Shown here: piece after piece, positions 11,319-22,924 of the stretch
Position numbering within the stretch: the stretch's first letter is position 1
Layout: the number at the start of each line of letters is the position of its first letter
Assembly (NCBI GenBank): GCA_950097015.1
Contig: CATNEN010000039.1
Coordinates: 4,464,001 to 4,528,000, forward strand
Source: Macrostomum hystrix
Taxonomy: Eukaryota > Animalia > Platyhelminthes
Direction: 5' to 3'
DNA: 64,000 nt
Notes under the pieces: generated by a model
What the model was told of the DNA's origin: nothing
What the model saw: the letters and a program-made list of their open reading frames with translations, nothing else
Database searches by the model: none
Made by a program: the position numbers and the translations under genes

Positions 11319-12300
11319 GTCCCACTCCATGAAGTACAGAGCTACAAATCCCACTTCATGAAGTACAGAACCTACAAATCCCACTTCATGAAGTACAGAG
11401 CTACAAATCCCACTTCATGAAGTACAGAAGCTACAAATCCCACTCCGTGAAGTACAGAACCTACAAATCCCACTTCATGAAGTACAGAAGCTACAAATCC
11501 CACTCCGTGAAGTACAGAAGCTACAAATCCCACTCCATGAAGTACAGAACCTACAAATCCCACTCCATGAAGTACAGAAGCTACAAATCCCACTCCATGA
11601 AGTACAGAAGCTACAAATCCCACTCCATGAAGTACAGAACCTACAAATCCCACTCCATGAAGTACAGAACCTACAAATCCCACTCCATGAAGTACAGAAC
11701 CTACAAATCCCACTCCATGAAGTACAGAAGCTACAAATCCCACTCCATGAAGTACAGAAGCTACAAATCCCACTCCATGAAGTACAGAACCTATAAATCC
11801 CACTCCATGAAGTACAGAAGCTACAAATCCCACTCCATGAAGTACAGAACCTACAAATCCCACTCCATGAAGTACAGAAGCTACAAATCCCACTCCATGA
11901 AGTACAGAACCTACAAATCCCACTTCATGAAGTACAGAACCTACAAATCCCACTCCGTGAAGTACAGAACCCACAAATCCCACTCCATGAAGTACAGAAC
12001 CTACAAATCCCACTCCATGAAGTACAGAAGCTACAAATCCCACTCCATGAAGTACAGAACCTACAAATCCCACTCCATGAAGTACAGAAGCTACAAATCC
12101 CACTCCATGAAGTACAGAAGCTACAAATCCCACTCCATAAAGTACAGAACCTACAAATCCCACTCAATGAAGTACAGAACCTACAAATCCCACTCCATGA
12201 AGTACAGAACCTACAAATCCCACTCCATGAAGTACAGAAGCTACAAATCCCACTCCGTGAAGTACAGAAGCTACAAATCCCACTCCGTGAAGTACAGAAG
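11319..12300. repeat. 30-bp minisatellite (CTACAAATCCCACTCCATGAAGTACAGAA[G/C]), ~33 copies, Argos-like intron 3
   Basis: Direct periodicity. Confidence 0.97.
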
Positions 12301-12327
12301 CGAAAAATCCCGAACCCGCGCGCCAAG

Positions 12328-12567
12328 GTCGAGTGCGGCAGCGCCGACCAGCCGTGCTACCTGGAATCGCTTAACCAGTTGGGTCAGAGAGTCAGCGGCC
12401 GGGTCAGATGCACTTGTCCGGCCGGCAGCCACTGCCCAGTGTACACCGGCCTGGGTGCCAGGATAATCACTCCGTCAGCTGAGTTAAGCAACGGTACCGA
12501 CAGCGAAGGCAACGAGGGCGAGGGCGAGCGTCCGAGGATCGAACTGCTCTGCAGGCCAGACCCGTGA
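12328..12567 (+). CDS. Argos-like protein, exon 4 (domain 3, terminal)
   Basis: Acceptor CCAAG at 12327 (alternative in-frame CAG at 12297); encodes VECGSADQPCYLESLNQLGQRVSGRVRCTCPAGSHCPVY...IELLCRPDP*, matching the Argos D3 pattern C-x4/5-QPC...CxCPxGxxCP...C. Confidence 0.82.
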   Translation, partial: VECGSADQPCYLESLNQLGQRVSGRVRCTCPAGSHCPVYTGLGARIITPSAELSNGTDSEGNEGEGERPRIELLCRPDP

Positions 12568-12574
12568 GACACCT

Positions 12575-12667
12575 GGACAACCAAGCCATCTGACATCCTG
12601 ACAACCAAGCCATCTGACATCCTGACGACCAAGCCATCTGACATCCTGACGACCAAGCCATCTGACA
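12575..12667. repeat. 24-bp tandem repeat, ~4 copies, just after the Argos-like stop codon
   Basis: ACAACCAAGCCATCTGACATCCTG units. Confidence 0.85.
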
Positions 12668-12784
12668 ATTACGAGACATATGAGTTGACGTCACACATTG
12701 AAAGCCAAGCTGTCAGGCAAACTGACTGTTTGCCTGTCACGAAGTTACATTTCAGATACACAAAATTTCAGCCACTTAGACAGA

Positions 12785-13083
12785 ATTAATAATTTTATTA
12801 GTAATAATTTCAGGAGGGCTGCACACGATGGCACATCATTTGGTGACACTAGACCCGCAGCCAGCGAGGAGGCAATTCTGCCAAATTCGCTGACACCTGA
12901 GCACACACGCACACAGATACTGTACGCAGGCCCACACATACACAGGTAGGCAGTGTACACTTTCACCGCGCCTCGGAGGTTGGCCCTCAAGGGCATAAAT
13001 TGCACGACAAGCCCCCCAAACCTTCTCTCCGCGGCTGCGCCACAAATGAATGTGGCCTCGCCGCGTCACTCGCCATTCACCCC
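12785..13083 (-). mobile_element. tRNA-derived SINE family 1, copy B (internally deleted)
   Basis: Reverse complement aligns by eye with 2193-2517; lacks part of the head and the loop/3' arm of the internal hairpin. Confidence 0.8.
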
Positions 13084-13334
13084 GACAAAATGATCGAACA
13101 CTTCATTACCAAGCAATTAGCTGATTAGAAATTTCATTATCACACTGCAATTTCTCGAGTGTCCGAAGGCACAAAGCGGGTGTAGCATCAGCTTGTGTCA
13201 CATTACTTCAAGTAAAAAAATATTTAAAGAAATAAATCGTCATTTGCAAAAAGATTACATTTAAAAAATTAATTATGCTTTTCTGTAAGCTTAATATCTC
13301 CTGGCTTTGATGCTGTTCGATAATGTGGAAATGC

Positions 13335-14261
13335 CAGACAGATGACAGCCAAGTCAAGGACTGTATGGCGGCTGTCACACCAGACAGATGACAGCCAATT
13401 CAAGGACTGTATGGCGGCTGTCACAGCAGACAGATGACAGCCAATTCAAGGACTGTATGGCGGCTGTCACAGCAGACAGATGACAGCCAATTCAAGGACT
13501 GTATGGCGGCTGTCACAGCAGACAGATGACAGCCAATTCAAGGACTGTATGGCGGCTGTCACAGCAGACAGATGACAGCCAATTCAAGGACTGTATGGCG
13601 GCTGTCACAGCAGACAGATGACAGCCAATTCAAGGACTGCATGGCGGCTGTCACACCAGACAGATGACAGCCAATTCAAGGACTGTATGGCGGCTGTCAC
13701 ACCAGACAGATGACAGCCAATTCAAGGACTGTATGGTGGCTGTCACAGCAGACAGATGACAGCCAATTCAAGGACTGTATGGCGGCTGTCACAGCAGACA
13801 GATGACAGCCAATTCAAGGACTGTATGGCGGCTGTCACACCAGACAGATGACAGCCAATTCAAGGACTGTATGGCGGCTGTCACAGCAGACAGATGACAG
13901 CCAATTCAAGGACTGTATGGCGGCTGTCACAGCAGACAGATGACAGCCAATTCAAGGACTGTATGGCGGCTGTCACAGCAGACAGATGACAGCCAATTCA
14001 AGGACTGTATGGCGGCTGTCACAGCAGACAGATGACAGCCAATTCAAGGACTGTATGGCGGCTGTCACACCAGACAGATGACAGCCAATTCAAGGACTGT
14101 ATGGCGGCTGTCACAGCAGACAGATGACAGCCAATTCAAGGACTGTATGGCGGCTGTCACAGCAGACAGATGACAGCCAATTCAAGGACTGTATGGCGGC
14201 TGTCACAGCAGACAGATGACAGCCAATTCAAGGACTGTATGGCGGCTGTCACAGCAGACAG
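13335..14261. repeat. 46-bp minisatellite with an internal inverted repeat (TGACAGCC...GGCTGTCA), ~20 copies
   Basis: CAGACAGATGACAGCCAATTCAAGGACTGTATGGCGGCTGTCACA[G/C] units. Confidence 0.95.
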
Positions 14262-14896
14262 AACAAACTAAAAGTACGAGCTACTTTAATGACAAAGACA
14301 AGACGTTTGAATCAGTAAATATTATTTGCCAGCAAAAATAATATCGAAAAATTCACTCACACAATTGCATTAATTTGGCAGTTCAGTTTATTAAAATTGT
14401 TCAACAGCTGTCAATAAAATTGGTTTAATTTAAACCAGATACCAATGATGGAGATGATTATTTAAAAGTTAAGGAAAAACTGCCCTAAATGGAATGTAAA
14501 GTACTGGAAGCAGTTAAAAACACGAGATGAGATTTTTCCAACAGAAAAAACTAAACCTCAAAAAAGATTTAACACTTTCGCAAAATTCTTAGTAAAAAAT
14601 TTGGCATTCGGAAGCAGAAGTCAAGGCAAAACAAGTGGGGATTTAGTTTATTGGTATATGGTATGGAAGACAAAAAAAAACCAAAAACCAAGAAAAAAAT
14701 ACACGGAAAAATTACAGATAATGGAAAATGTAAACAAATCTTAAGCGATTCAGTAATATATAGGATAATTGTGGTGCTCCGTATTTTATAGTTCTTTTCC
14801 GAAAAACGACATTTCTTAAAAATAAAAAATTCAATAAAAATAACCAATAGTAACTTTTTTAGAAGCAAAACGCGTCTAAAAGCAAAGAGAGATTGC

Positions 14897-15420
14897 TTCT
14901 AAGAAATTACTTCTAACTGTTCCTCACTTCTAAGAAATGAGAGACAGTTTCTAAGAATGGAGAGACCGTTTCTAAGAAACGAGGGACAGTTTCTAAGAAT
15001 GGAGAGACCGTTTCTAAGAAACGAGGGACAGTTTCTAAGAATGGAGAGACAGGTTCTAAGAAATGAGGGACAGTTTCTAAGAATGGAGAGACCGTTTCTA
15101 AGAAACGATGGACAGTTTCTAAGAATGGAGAGACCGTTTCTAAGAAACGAGGGACAGTTTCTAAGAATGGAGAGACCGTTTCTAAGAAATGAGGGACAGT
15201 TTCTAAGAATGGAGAGACCGTTTCTAAGAAACGATGGACAGTTTCTAAGAATGGAGAGACAGGTTCTAAGAATGAAGGGGCAGTTTAAAAACGGACAGTT
15301 TCTAAGAAAATTGACACAATTTCTAAGGAAGGAAACTTTTTTTTTAGAATTAAAGCCTAGATTCTGCGAATGTAAGCACCGTTTCATAGAAAATATATAG
15401 TAGCAGTTTCTAAGAACGGA
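14897..15420. repeat. 21-bp minisatellite organised as a 42-bp dimer (TTTCTAAGAA core)
   Basis: Direct periodicity. Confidence 0.92.
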
Positions 15421-15524
15421 AGGGCAGTTTTTTTAGATTGGGGAAACAGTTCCTTAGAACTAAAGCACTTTTTACCTAAAAATACCTCAATCGCTACAAA
15501 CGGCATATAAAGCTCTCTAGATGC

Positions 15525-15767
15525 TCAGGCGATAACCTTGAGTTCACGGCCGACCCTGACAAACTCGGCCACCACCCGGTCGATCTGCTCAGTTGTGTGC
15601 CCGGCGCTCAGTTGCACCCGAATCCTGGCCTTGCCGCGTGGCACCACCGGGTAACTGAAGGCCACCACGAACATTCCCGCCGACTGCATTCGCTCGGCGA
15701 AGTCCTTCGCCAGACGCTCCTGCATCAGCATCACCGGACAGATTGGACAGTCGGGATCGCCAGACAC
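15525..15767 (-). CDS. GCAT: 2-amino-3-ketobutyrate CoA ligase (glycine C-acetyltransferase), exon 5 (terminal)
   Basis: Acceptor CAG (15768-15770); encodes VSGDPDCPICPVML...AFSYPVVPRGKARIRVQLSAGHT...VGRELKVIA*. Confidence 0.95.
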   Translation of the reverse strand: MSGDPDCPICPVMLMQERLAKDFAERMQSAGMFVVAFSYPVVPRGKARIRVQLSAGHTTEQIDRVVAEFVRVGRELKVIA

Positions 15768-15842
15768 CTGATGGCGGAGTGGTTCATGGGGCAGGACTGG
15801 GCTCGACACGAGTGACAATAAGCGAAACAGCTGAACCCTACC

Positions 15843-16120
15843 ACACTGTCTACTTCTCTCCTTCACTGTCTACTTCTCTCCTTCACTGTCTACTTCTCTC
15901 CTTCACTGTCTACTTCTCTCCTTCACTGTCTACTTCTCTCCTTCACTGTTTACTTCTCTCCTTCACTGTCTACTTCTCTCCTTCACTGTCTACTTCTATC
16001 CTTCACTGTCTACTTCTCTCTCCTCTTTCAAAATATAATTCTCATCACTACTTTATACTTCCTTTCAATACATACTTTCTTACTTACTGTCTACTTCTCT
16101 CTTTTATCAGTCTACTTTCT
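15843..16120. repeat. 20-bp minisatellite (CTTCACTGTCTACTTCTCTC), GCAT intron 4
   Basis: Direct periodicity, decaying toward 16120. Confidence 0.9.
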
Positions 16121-16166
16121 CTCTCCCCCAGTCAACTTCTCTCCCCCAAATCTCCCTCCCGCCCAC

Positions 16167-16430
16167 CTGAAAGCCGGCCTGCCGCATGGCGCCGCGGAAC
16201 CGCCTGGTGTTGTCGCGCAGCCTCTGCGGCCAGTCGGTCGCCCCGGCTGACAACAGGTCGAAGACTCGAATAGCGGCGCCAACAACGGCGGGCGGCAGGG
16301 TGTTGCTGAATAGGTAGGGCCTGGATCTCTGGCGCAACAGGCTGACAACGGATTTAGGGCCGCAGGTGTAGCCACCTGCAGCTCCGCCCAGGGCCTTGCC
16401 CAACGTGCTGTTTACAATGTCAATCGAGCC
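16167..16430 (-). CDS. GCAT: GCAT exon 4 (contains PLP-binding Lys in STLGKALGG)
   Basis: GSIDIVNSTLGKALGGAAGGYTCG...RQRSRPYLFSNTLPP...AGFQ; canonical splice sites, phase 0. Confidence 0.96.
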
Positions 16431-16485
16431 CTGAAATGGAATGGCGTGTGGGATCTATGACTGAGTGTACTGGATTGGCATCTGA

Positions 16486-16870
16486 TTTCTTAGAATCTAG
16501 AAAAGGAATTCCATTTCCTAGAATCTAAAAAGGGAATCTTTTTTCCTAGAATCTAGAAAGCAAATCGGATTTCCTAGAATCTACTAAGGAATTATATTTC
16601 CTAGAATCTACTAAGGAATTATATTTCCTAGAATCTACTAAGGAATTATATTTCCTAGAATCTAAAAAGGGAATCTTATTTCCTAGAATCTTGAAAGCAA
16701 ATCGGATTTCCTAGAATCTACGAAGGAATTCGATTTCCTAGAATCTAAAAAGGGAATCGGATTTCCTAGAATCTACTAAGGAATCTGATTTACTATAATC
16801 TGGAAAGGGGAATCCGGATATAGGAAAATCTGGTCCAAGGAATCGAGTTCTCAGATTTCTTAGAATCCTG
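16486..16870. repeat. ~27-bp degenerate minisatellite (TTCCTAGAATCTA core), GCAT intron 3
   Basis: Direct periodicity. Confidence 0.85.
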
Positions 16871-16902
16871 AATTGCGGTGAGTCACATATCTCAGGACTC
16901 AC

Positions 16903-17337
16903 TAAGGCTAGTCCACAATGCTCCTCGGTGCCGCGGCCCCTGGCGCCAAGGAAGCCAGTGGAGTGGCACTCGTCAATGAAGGTCAAGGCGTTGAACTCGC
17001 CGGCCAGGCCGACGATCTCCTTCAGCTTGGCAACGTCGCCGTCCATGCTGAAGACGCCGTCGGTGGCGATGAGGCGCACCGCGCAGTCGGGCGACTCCTC
17101 CAGCAGCTGTCGCAGGTTACCCATATCGCTGTGCCGATAGCGCAGCCGGCGCGCCTTGCACAGCCGAATGCCGTCAATGATGGAGGCGTGATTCAATTCG
17201 TCGCTGATGACAGCGTCGGATTCCGTCAGCAGCGCTTCGAATATGCCGGTGTTGGCGTCGAAACAGCTGGGGTACAGGATGGCGTCCTCACGACCGTGGA
17301 AGGCTGCGATCTTTGACTCCAGCTGCTTGTGCAGGTC
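16903..17337 (-). CDS. GCAT: GCAT exon 3
   Basis: DLHKQLESKIAAFHGREDAILYPSCFDANTGIFE...SDELNHASIIDGIRLCKA...ATDGVFSMDGD...DECHSTGF...; donor GTGAGT at 16902. Confidence 0.96.
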
Positions 17338-17357
17338 CTGAAATGGTTTGCGGTGCG

Positions 17358-18380
17358 GTTGGGTAAGGACAGGATGGGTTTGGACAGGATGGGTTGGGAC
17401 AGGATGGGGTGGGAAAGGATGGGGTGGGACAGGATGGGTGGAACAGGATGGGTTGGGATAGGATGGGTTAGGACGGTATGGGTTGGGACAGGATGGGTGG
17501 GACAGGATGGGGTGGGACTGGATGGGGTGGGACAGGATGGGGTGGGACAGGATGGGTGGGACAGGATGGGTTAGGACAGTATGGGTTGGGATAGGATGGG
17601 TTAGGACAGTATGGGTTAGGACAGTATGTGTTAGGACAGGATGGGGTGGGACAGGATGGGTGGGACAGGATGGGGTGGGAAAGTATGGGGTGGGACAGGA
17701 TGGGTGGAACAGGATGGGTTGGGATAGGATGGGTTAGGACAGTATGGGTTGGGACAGGATGGGTGGGACAGGATGGGGTGGGACTGGATGGGGTGGGACA
17801 GGATGGGGTGGGATAGAATGGGGTGGGACAGGATGAGTTAGGACAGGATGGGTTGGGACAGGATGGGGTGGGAAAGGATGGGGTGGGACAGGATGGGTGG
17901 AACAGGATGGGTTGGGATAGGATGGGTTAGGACAGTATGGGTTGGGACAGGATGGGGTGGGACAGGATGGGGTGGGACTGGATGGGGTGGGACAGGATGG
18001 GGTGGGACAGGATGGGTGGGACAGGATGGGTTAGGACAGTATGGGTTAGGACAGTATGGGTTAGGACAGTATGGGGTGGGACAGGATGGGTGGGACAGGA
18101 TGGTTTGGGATGGGATGGGTTAGGACAGTATGGGTTGGGACAGGATGAGGTGGGACAGGATGGGGTGGGACAGGATGGGGTGGGACAGGATGGGGTGGGA
18201 CAGGATGGGTTGGGATAGGATGGGTTAGTACAGTATGGGTTGGGATAGGATGGGTTAGTACAGTATGGGGTGGGACAGGATGGGTGGGACAGGATGGGGT
18301 GGGACAGGATGGGGTGGGACAGGATGGGGTGGGACAGGATGGGGTGGGACAGGATGGGGTGGGACAGGATGGGGTGGGAC
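17358..18380. repeat. G-rich 14/15-bp minisatellite (GGGACAGGATGGGGT), GCAT intron 2
   Basis: Fills almost the whole intron; dense GGG runs. Confidence 0.95.
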
Positions 18381-18387
18381 AACTCAC

Positions 18388-18477
18388 CGAGGTGCCACAG
18401 ATAAAGCGAACCGAGCTGTAGCCGTTTCCGTGAGTTTTGATAGCCTCGATGGCGGCCTCCACAACTAGCGGGTGGCT
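18388..18477 (-). CDS. GCAT: GCAT exon 2
   Basis: [30 protein letters not shown]; CAG acceptor and GTGAGT donor. Confidence 0.95.
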
Positions 18478-19478
18478 CTGTGAAGGGAGAAGGCGAATGT
18501 TTCGCCTGTTTCACAATGTTTTACAATGAGAAGAAGCACTAAAGACGAATTCTAATATTTTATGGAGCTAATACTTTTTGCTGCCTTTTTAAAAACATTT
18601 TAAAAGCCTTATATTTTGTGCTTTCTAACTCCCTAACTAAGTATCAGATTTTATCCTAGGCCTTTAGGCTCGAGATTAGAGCCAAGATAAATATATATTG
18701 GGACATTATGTTCTCTGAAAACATACTTTAAGTCGAATTCGGAATAAAAAAGAAGCAATTGAGCTAATTCTGCAAAGTTGCATAGGACTCTTTGCTCAAA
18801 AAAAAATTTAATAAGGTCTAAAAACTATTTCAGCCAATCAATGAAATCAAGTTCTTTCGCAGTTTGTTAAAATCAAATGCGCTAAATTTAGGACAAGGAA
18901 CCGAGAAGCCATGGAAACCCACGGGACACGAAGGGAAAACAGCTGCAAAGCCTATCGCGTGGGAATCTTGAAGCAAAAACATAAAAAGCTATACAAGCAG
19001 CGATATGGTGAGGCTCAGTCTAACTATTTCTTAAACGAGCATTCCTACTGAGTGAACAATTCATATCCAAAAGTGAACTTTAAACTTTAGGGCTCTCGGG
19101 AGTCTCGTTTCGGACACAACCTAAGATAAGTGGTCGACAGCGATTGGCTGTTTCTCTACCGAGCTCTCTCATTGGCTGGAATAATGCCTAGAAAGGAAAT
19201 TCCGCGGATTTTTCCTTTATCACGTATTCTCCATTTTAAGTGTGAACACACCGTGAAAAATTTAACTACTCTGTTATCGAAACGCAGGAACCTCAAAGAC
19301 TCATTAATTTAAAAGGAGTTCTTTTCGACATCAACTTTAATTAAAGCAAATACATGCAAAATGAATATAAAAACAGTTAATTAGCAATTTCAATTAGTAG
19401 TGAAGATAGCTGAAATTTTATTTTGAAGGCTGAAAGTTAGACTTTGTGATTTAACCTATGAACACAAAGAAAACTCAC

Positions 19479-19724
19479 CGACAGACCCAAGTAATTATTG
19501 GCACAGAAGTTGAGCATCTCTTTGTCTTTACCAGCAACTTTAATAGATGGAGCCTGTTTGCCCAAGATCATCAGCTCATTTTTCCAGGTGCCAGCCTCTT
19601 TCACCTCAGCTAGTTTGCTTTCAACAAAAGCCCATTTTGATGTCAATCTTAATGCTGGCAGCACTTTCTGAGCCTCTTGTTGCCTAGCTAGGAAATGGCT
19701 GGACTTTTGTAAAGCAGAAAACAT
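19479..19724 (-). CDS. GCAT: GCAT exon 1 (mitochondrial-targeting-like N-terminus)
   Basis: MFSALQKSSHFLARQ...KEAGTWKNE...MLNFCANNYLGLS; donor GTGAGT at 19478. Confidence 0.92.
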
Positions 19725-22618
19725 TCTAGAATGTTTGAGTCTGAAATAGATTAGTATTTGATGTGAGCAGTACATATAAATATTACCAATAATGTTACCT
19801 GTACTTAGTTTCTAGACTATTGAAAATTTATAAAAGTTAATCATATTTAAAAATTATTTATTCATTACATTTAGTTAATTAATAATACTGTTACAAGTCT
19901 TGTTTTAGTTATAAAATGCTAACTTTAGCTGGTGGTATTGAGAAATTCTTGATAAACTTGATAATTAGAAAACTCATGCTTGGGTATAGTTTAGTTGTCA
20001 TTTAAATTTAGCTATCTTAGTCAAACTTATTAATTTGCCTCATGGCTACAGAGCTAAAAAGCCTAAGTATGATTTTAGTAACATAATTTTTTTCATAAGT
20101 ATAAATATAAATTAAAAAATCATGACTACTTTTATTGACATATTTTAGCTATTATCTTTGACAATTCCTATAGTATATATAATAAAATATGAGTTTAGAA
20201 CTATGTCCATAGAAAGCAAAAACAACAGCAATGAGATTTGGAAAATAATTCTAAAATAGGCTTCTTATGTTTCAATATATGTTAAAATTTAGGATTATTG
20301 AAGCAAAGTAATAAATTCGACTTAAAAAGATAGCTATAAGCTAAAATATGGCATTAAATGTCAATCACAGGATTCCCAGAAGCTACATTCCTTGAGTTGC
20401 CTTTTGTATTTATGACCTAAATTGCTGGTTCTTTTTCAGACGGAACACTAAATCTAAGATATAATACACTAAAGTAAAAAACAAGAGTAACAAGAGTAAA
20501 AGTAACAAGAATTCTTTGATGTGCTTGTTTTCAATAGAAACACACGAGGAGTTGGAGTGCACTATCGAAGCTATCTTACACTGTCACTGAGTTTAGCTGT
20601 CAAACTAAAGATAAAATGATGGATAACTACTCAAGGAAGCTAGAGGCTACAGCGAATGAGATACTTTATTACATACAGAAATAAACTAGAGGCTTGATAA
20701 AAAACTGCGCATATCAAACAAATATGCTACAATCACGTATCCCTATTATAATTATCGTGACCTGGATGCGAAATCTATGAATTCTCGTTGTTTGAATTAC
20801 CGCGTTGTCGTTCACTCTGTATGTAGGGTTAAAAAGATATAACAAATATCTAAAGAATATGTTCTGTTATCACATCGCAGATAATAAAATATCTCAGTAA
20901 GATTTTGTGATTCGAAGCAAGCTTTAGGCACAAAATGTTGTATTCTTGAAGTAACGAATACAGAGATTCCAATTGTAGCGTTGGTAAATGTAAGTATAGC
21001 GCCGAAAGGAGCACTCGGCAGTCGACTGGATAAGCGTAATTATAATTTAATTTTTCATAATTTTTCATGTGACATTGTACGAGTATTCATTCAGTAGATT
21101 TCACTTTGTATCTTTGACTTCACGGATCATTGAGACATCCCGTTTTTTTCATGCACGATGATTTGAAGCAAGGAAATCAGAAAGTTAAAAAATAAAAAAT
21201 TTAGGAAATCTAGTTCAACGTGCAAGAATAATTACATCAGATCGCTAAGACAATGTGCACTTCCATGCATTCATGCTCTACGTGATGACCACTACGTGAT
21301 GATGCTGTGCGTGATGACTGTAGGCATTTATATTGATAAAGCCATTTTTAGAAAAAATGCCGTTGAGATAACTGCGTAGTTTCTGGATTGCTTAATTTAT
21401 ATTTTAGAATTTGCTACATGTATTGTTCTGTACTAGCTAGTTGCAGTTAACAGTAATTGAAAGAATCATAATGAATAGTTTCATAAAGAAAAGAAAAATT
21501 CATGACATCTTCATGCGTATGCACTCTTTCTCTTTCTCTTGTACATTTTTCTTTTATTCGAAATTTATCCTCATATATCCTCATTCCTCATATACTTCTT
21601 CTCCTGCTTGCCTGATTACTGTCTTGTCTCGTAGGTGGCAGATACGAGTCTAACGGGTGGCAGATTCTTATTTAACATGTGCCAGATTCCATTCTAACAG
21701 ATGCGAGTAGATGCAATTCTAAAAGGTGGTAGATTGACGTCTAATAGTGTCAGGCAGCCATCGTGAGATAATAAAGAACAGTTTAAAAATTCCCCTTCTA
21801 GAAGTTCAAATTTCAGTGTTTATGAAGCGCCATAAATCGCATTTAAGCAGCATTGACAGCTATTAGATCAAAGCGTACAACGATGCACCGTGTTTATTAA
21901 CTTATCAAATAAAGTGCAAGTGGAAACAAACACAGATTTCTTATAAAAGCAGAGAATTTCTAGTTCAGCAGAAAGCATAATCTGTGCGAATTCTGCGGCC
22001 AAGCCTGTTGTACAATAAAACTGCAGTTTATCTGCCTGGAGTGCACTTCGCATACATGTGCATTCTATGTGCTACGTGAGTTACAGTGTACATGTTGAGT
22101 AGTGTGTGAAGCGAACAAGCAATATTTTATCTTAATTTAAACTGGAATATTTACAAACGCAGCATGCAGATTTAAGAACAAAAACCCGTTGCCTCTACTG
22201 TAAGTAGAATAATTGACGCATATGCAGTGGCTTGAAAATTAGGCTGTCTAAACTTATGTTAAATTTAAGTAAAAATGCAATTCATATTATTAATTTGCAT
22301 CTTGCGTACTTTTTTAGACAATAAGAATATGTGCCAAAAAAGAAATGTAATGGTTTGGAAAAATCGCAGAATGAAAAAATATAATAAACTTTTTATATTC
22401 ACCCGAAGCCCTATCTTCTGATTTCTATGCCTATTATTTTATCTGTCAGGGGCGGTGGAGTGGTGTTATTGTTTCATTTGCTCAAACAAGCCATAAACTA
22501 ATAAGCGATAAGAGGAACTATAAAGTGAAACAAAGATAAACTGTTTTATAAACGATACTAATACACAACAAAGTAGGAATCAGTTTGAAGAAATCCAGGA
22601 TTATGCCAAGAAATGGGA

Positions 22619-22902
22619 TTAGACTAGGCGGCTCTCGCTGCAAAGCCTCTGCTGGTACGGGGGCTGCTGCTGCTGCTGCTGCTGCTGCTGCAAAGTCGGA
22701 TAATGTCCGCTTGGATTCAGCAGATGCTCGGAGGCTCCACCACCACCGTTGCCGACGAAGTTTCTCGTCAGCCTGGGCGGCGTCCGCATCAGCGTCGACA
22801 TGGCAGCTCCGCCGCCTGCGGCTGGGGGCTCATGCTTCGACTTGTCGAGCGTGAAGGTCGATAGACCGCCTCTGGGACCGCAGACGGTCAGGGAGCCCAG
22901 GG
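22619..22902 (-). CDS. Protocadherin, terminal cytoplasmic exon
   Basis: Acceptor CCCGCAG (22903-22909); phase 1 matches the 32577 donor; GC-rich coding sequence (A)LGSLTVCGPRGG...polyQ...SESRLV*. Confidence 0.72.
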
Positions 22903-22924
22903 CTGCGGGTTCGGGATTGGGATT

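Noticed and set aside
15525-19724. Bacterial kbl by horizontal transfer or contamination
   Set aside because: The gene has four spliceosomal introns and an N-terminal targeting-like extension, consistent with ordinary eukaryotic GCAT.
21278-21322. Three GTGATGA (C-box-like) words suggesting a C/D snoRNA
   Set aside because: Short local tandem duplication with no convincing D box or terminal stem.
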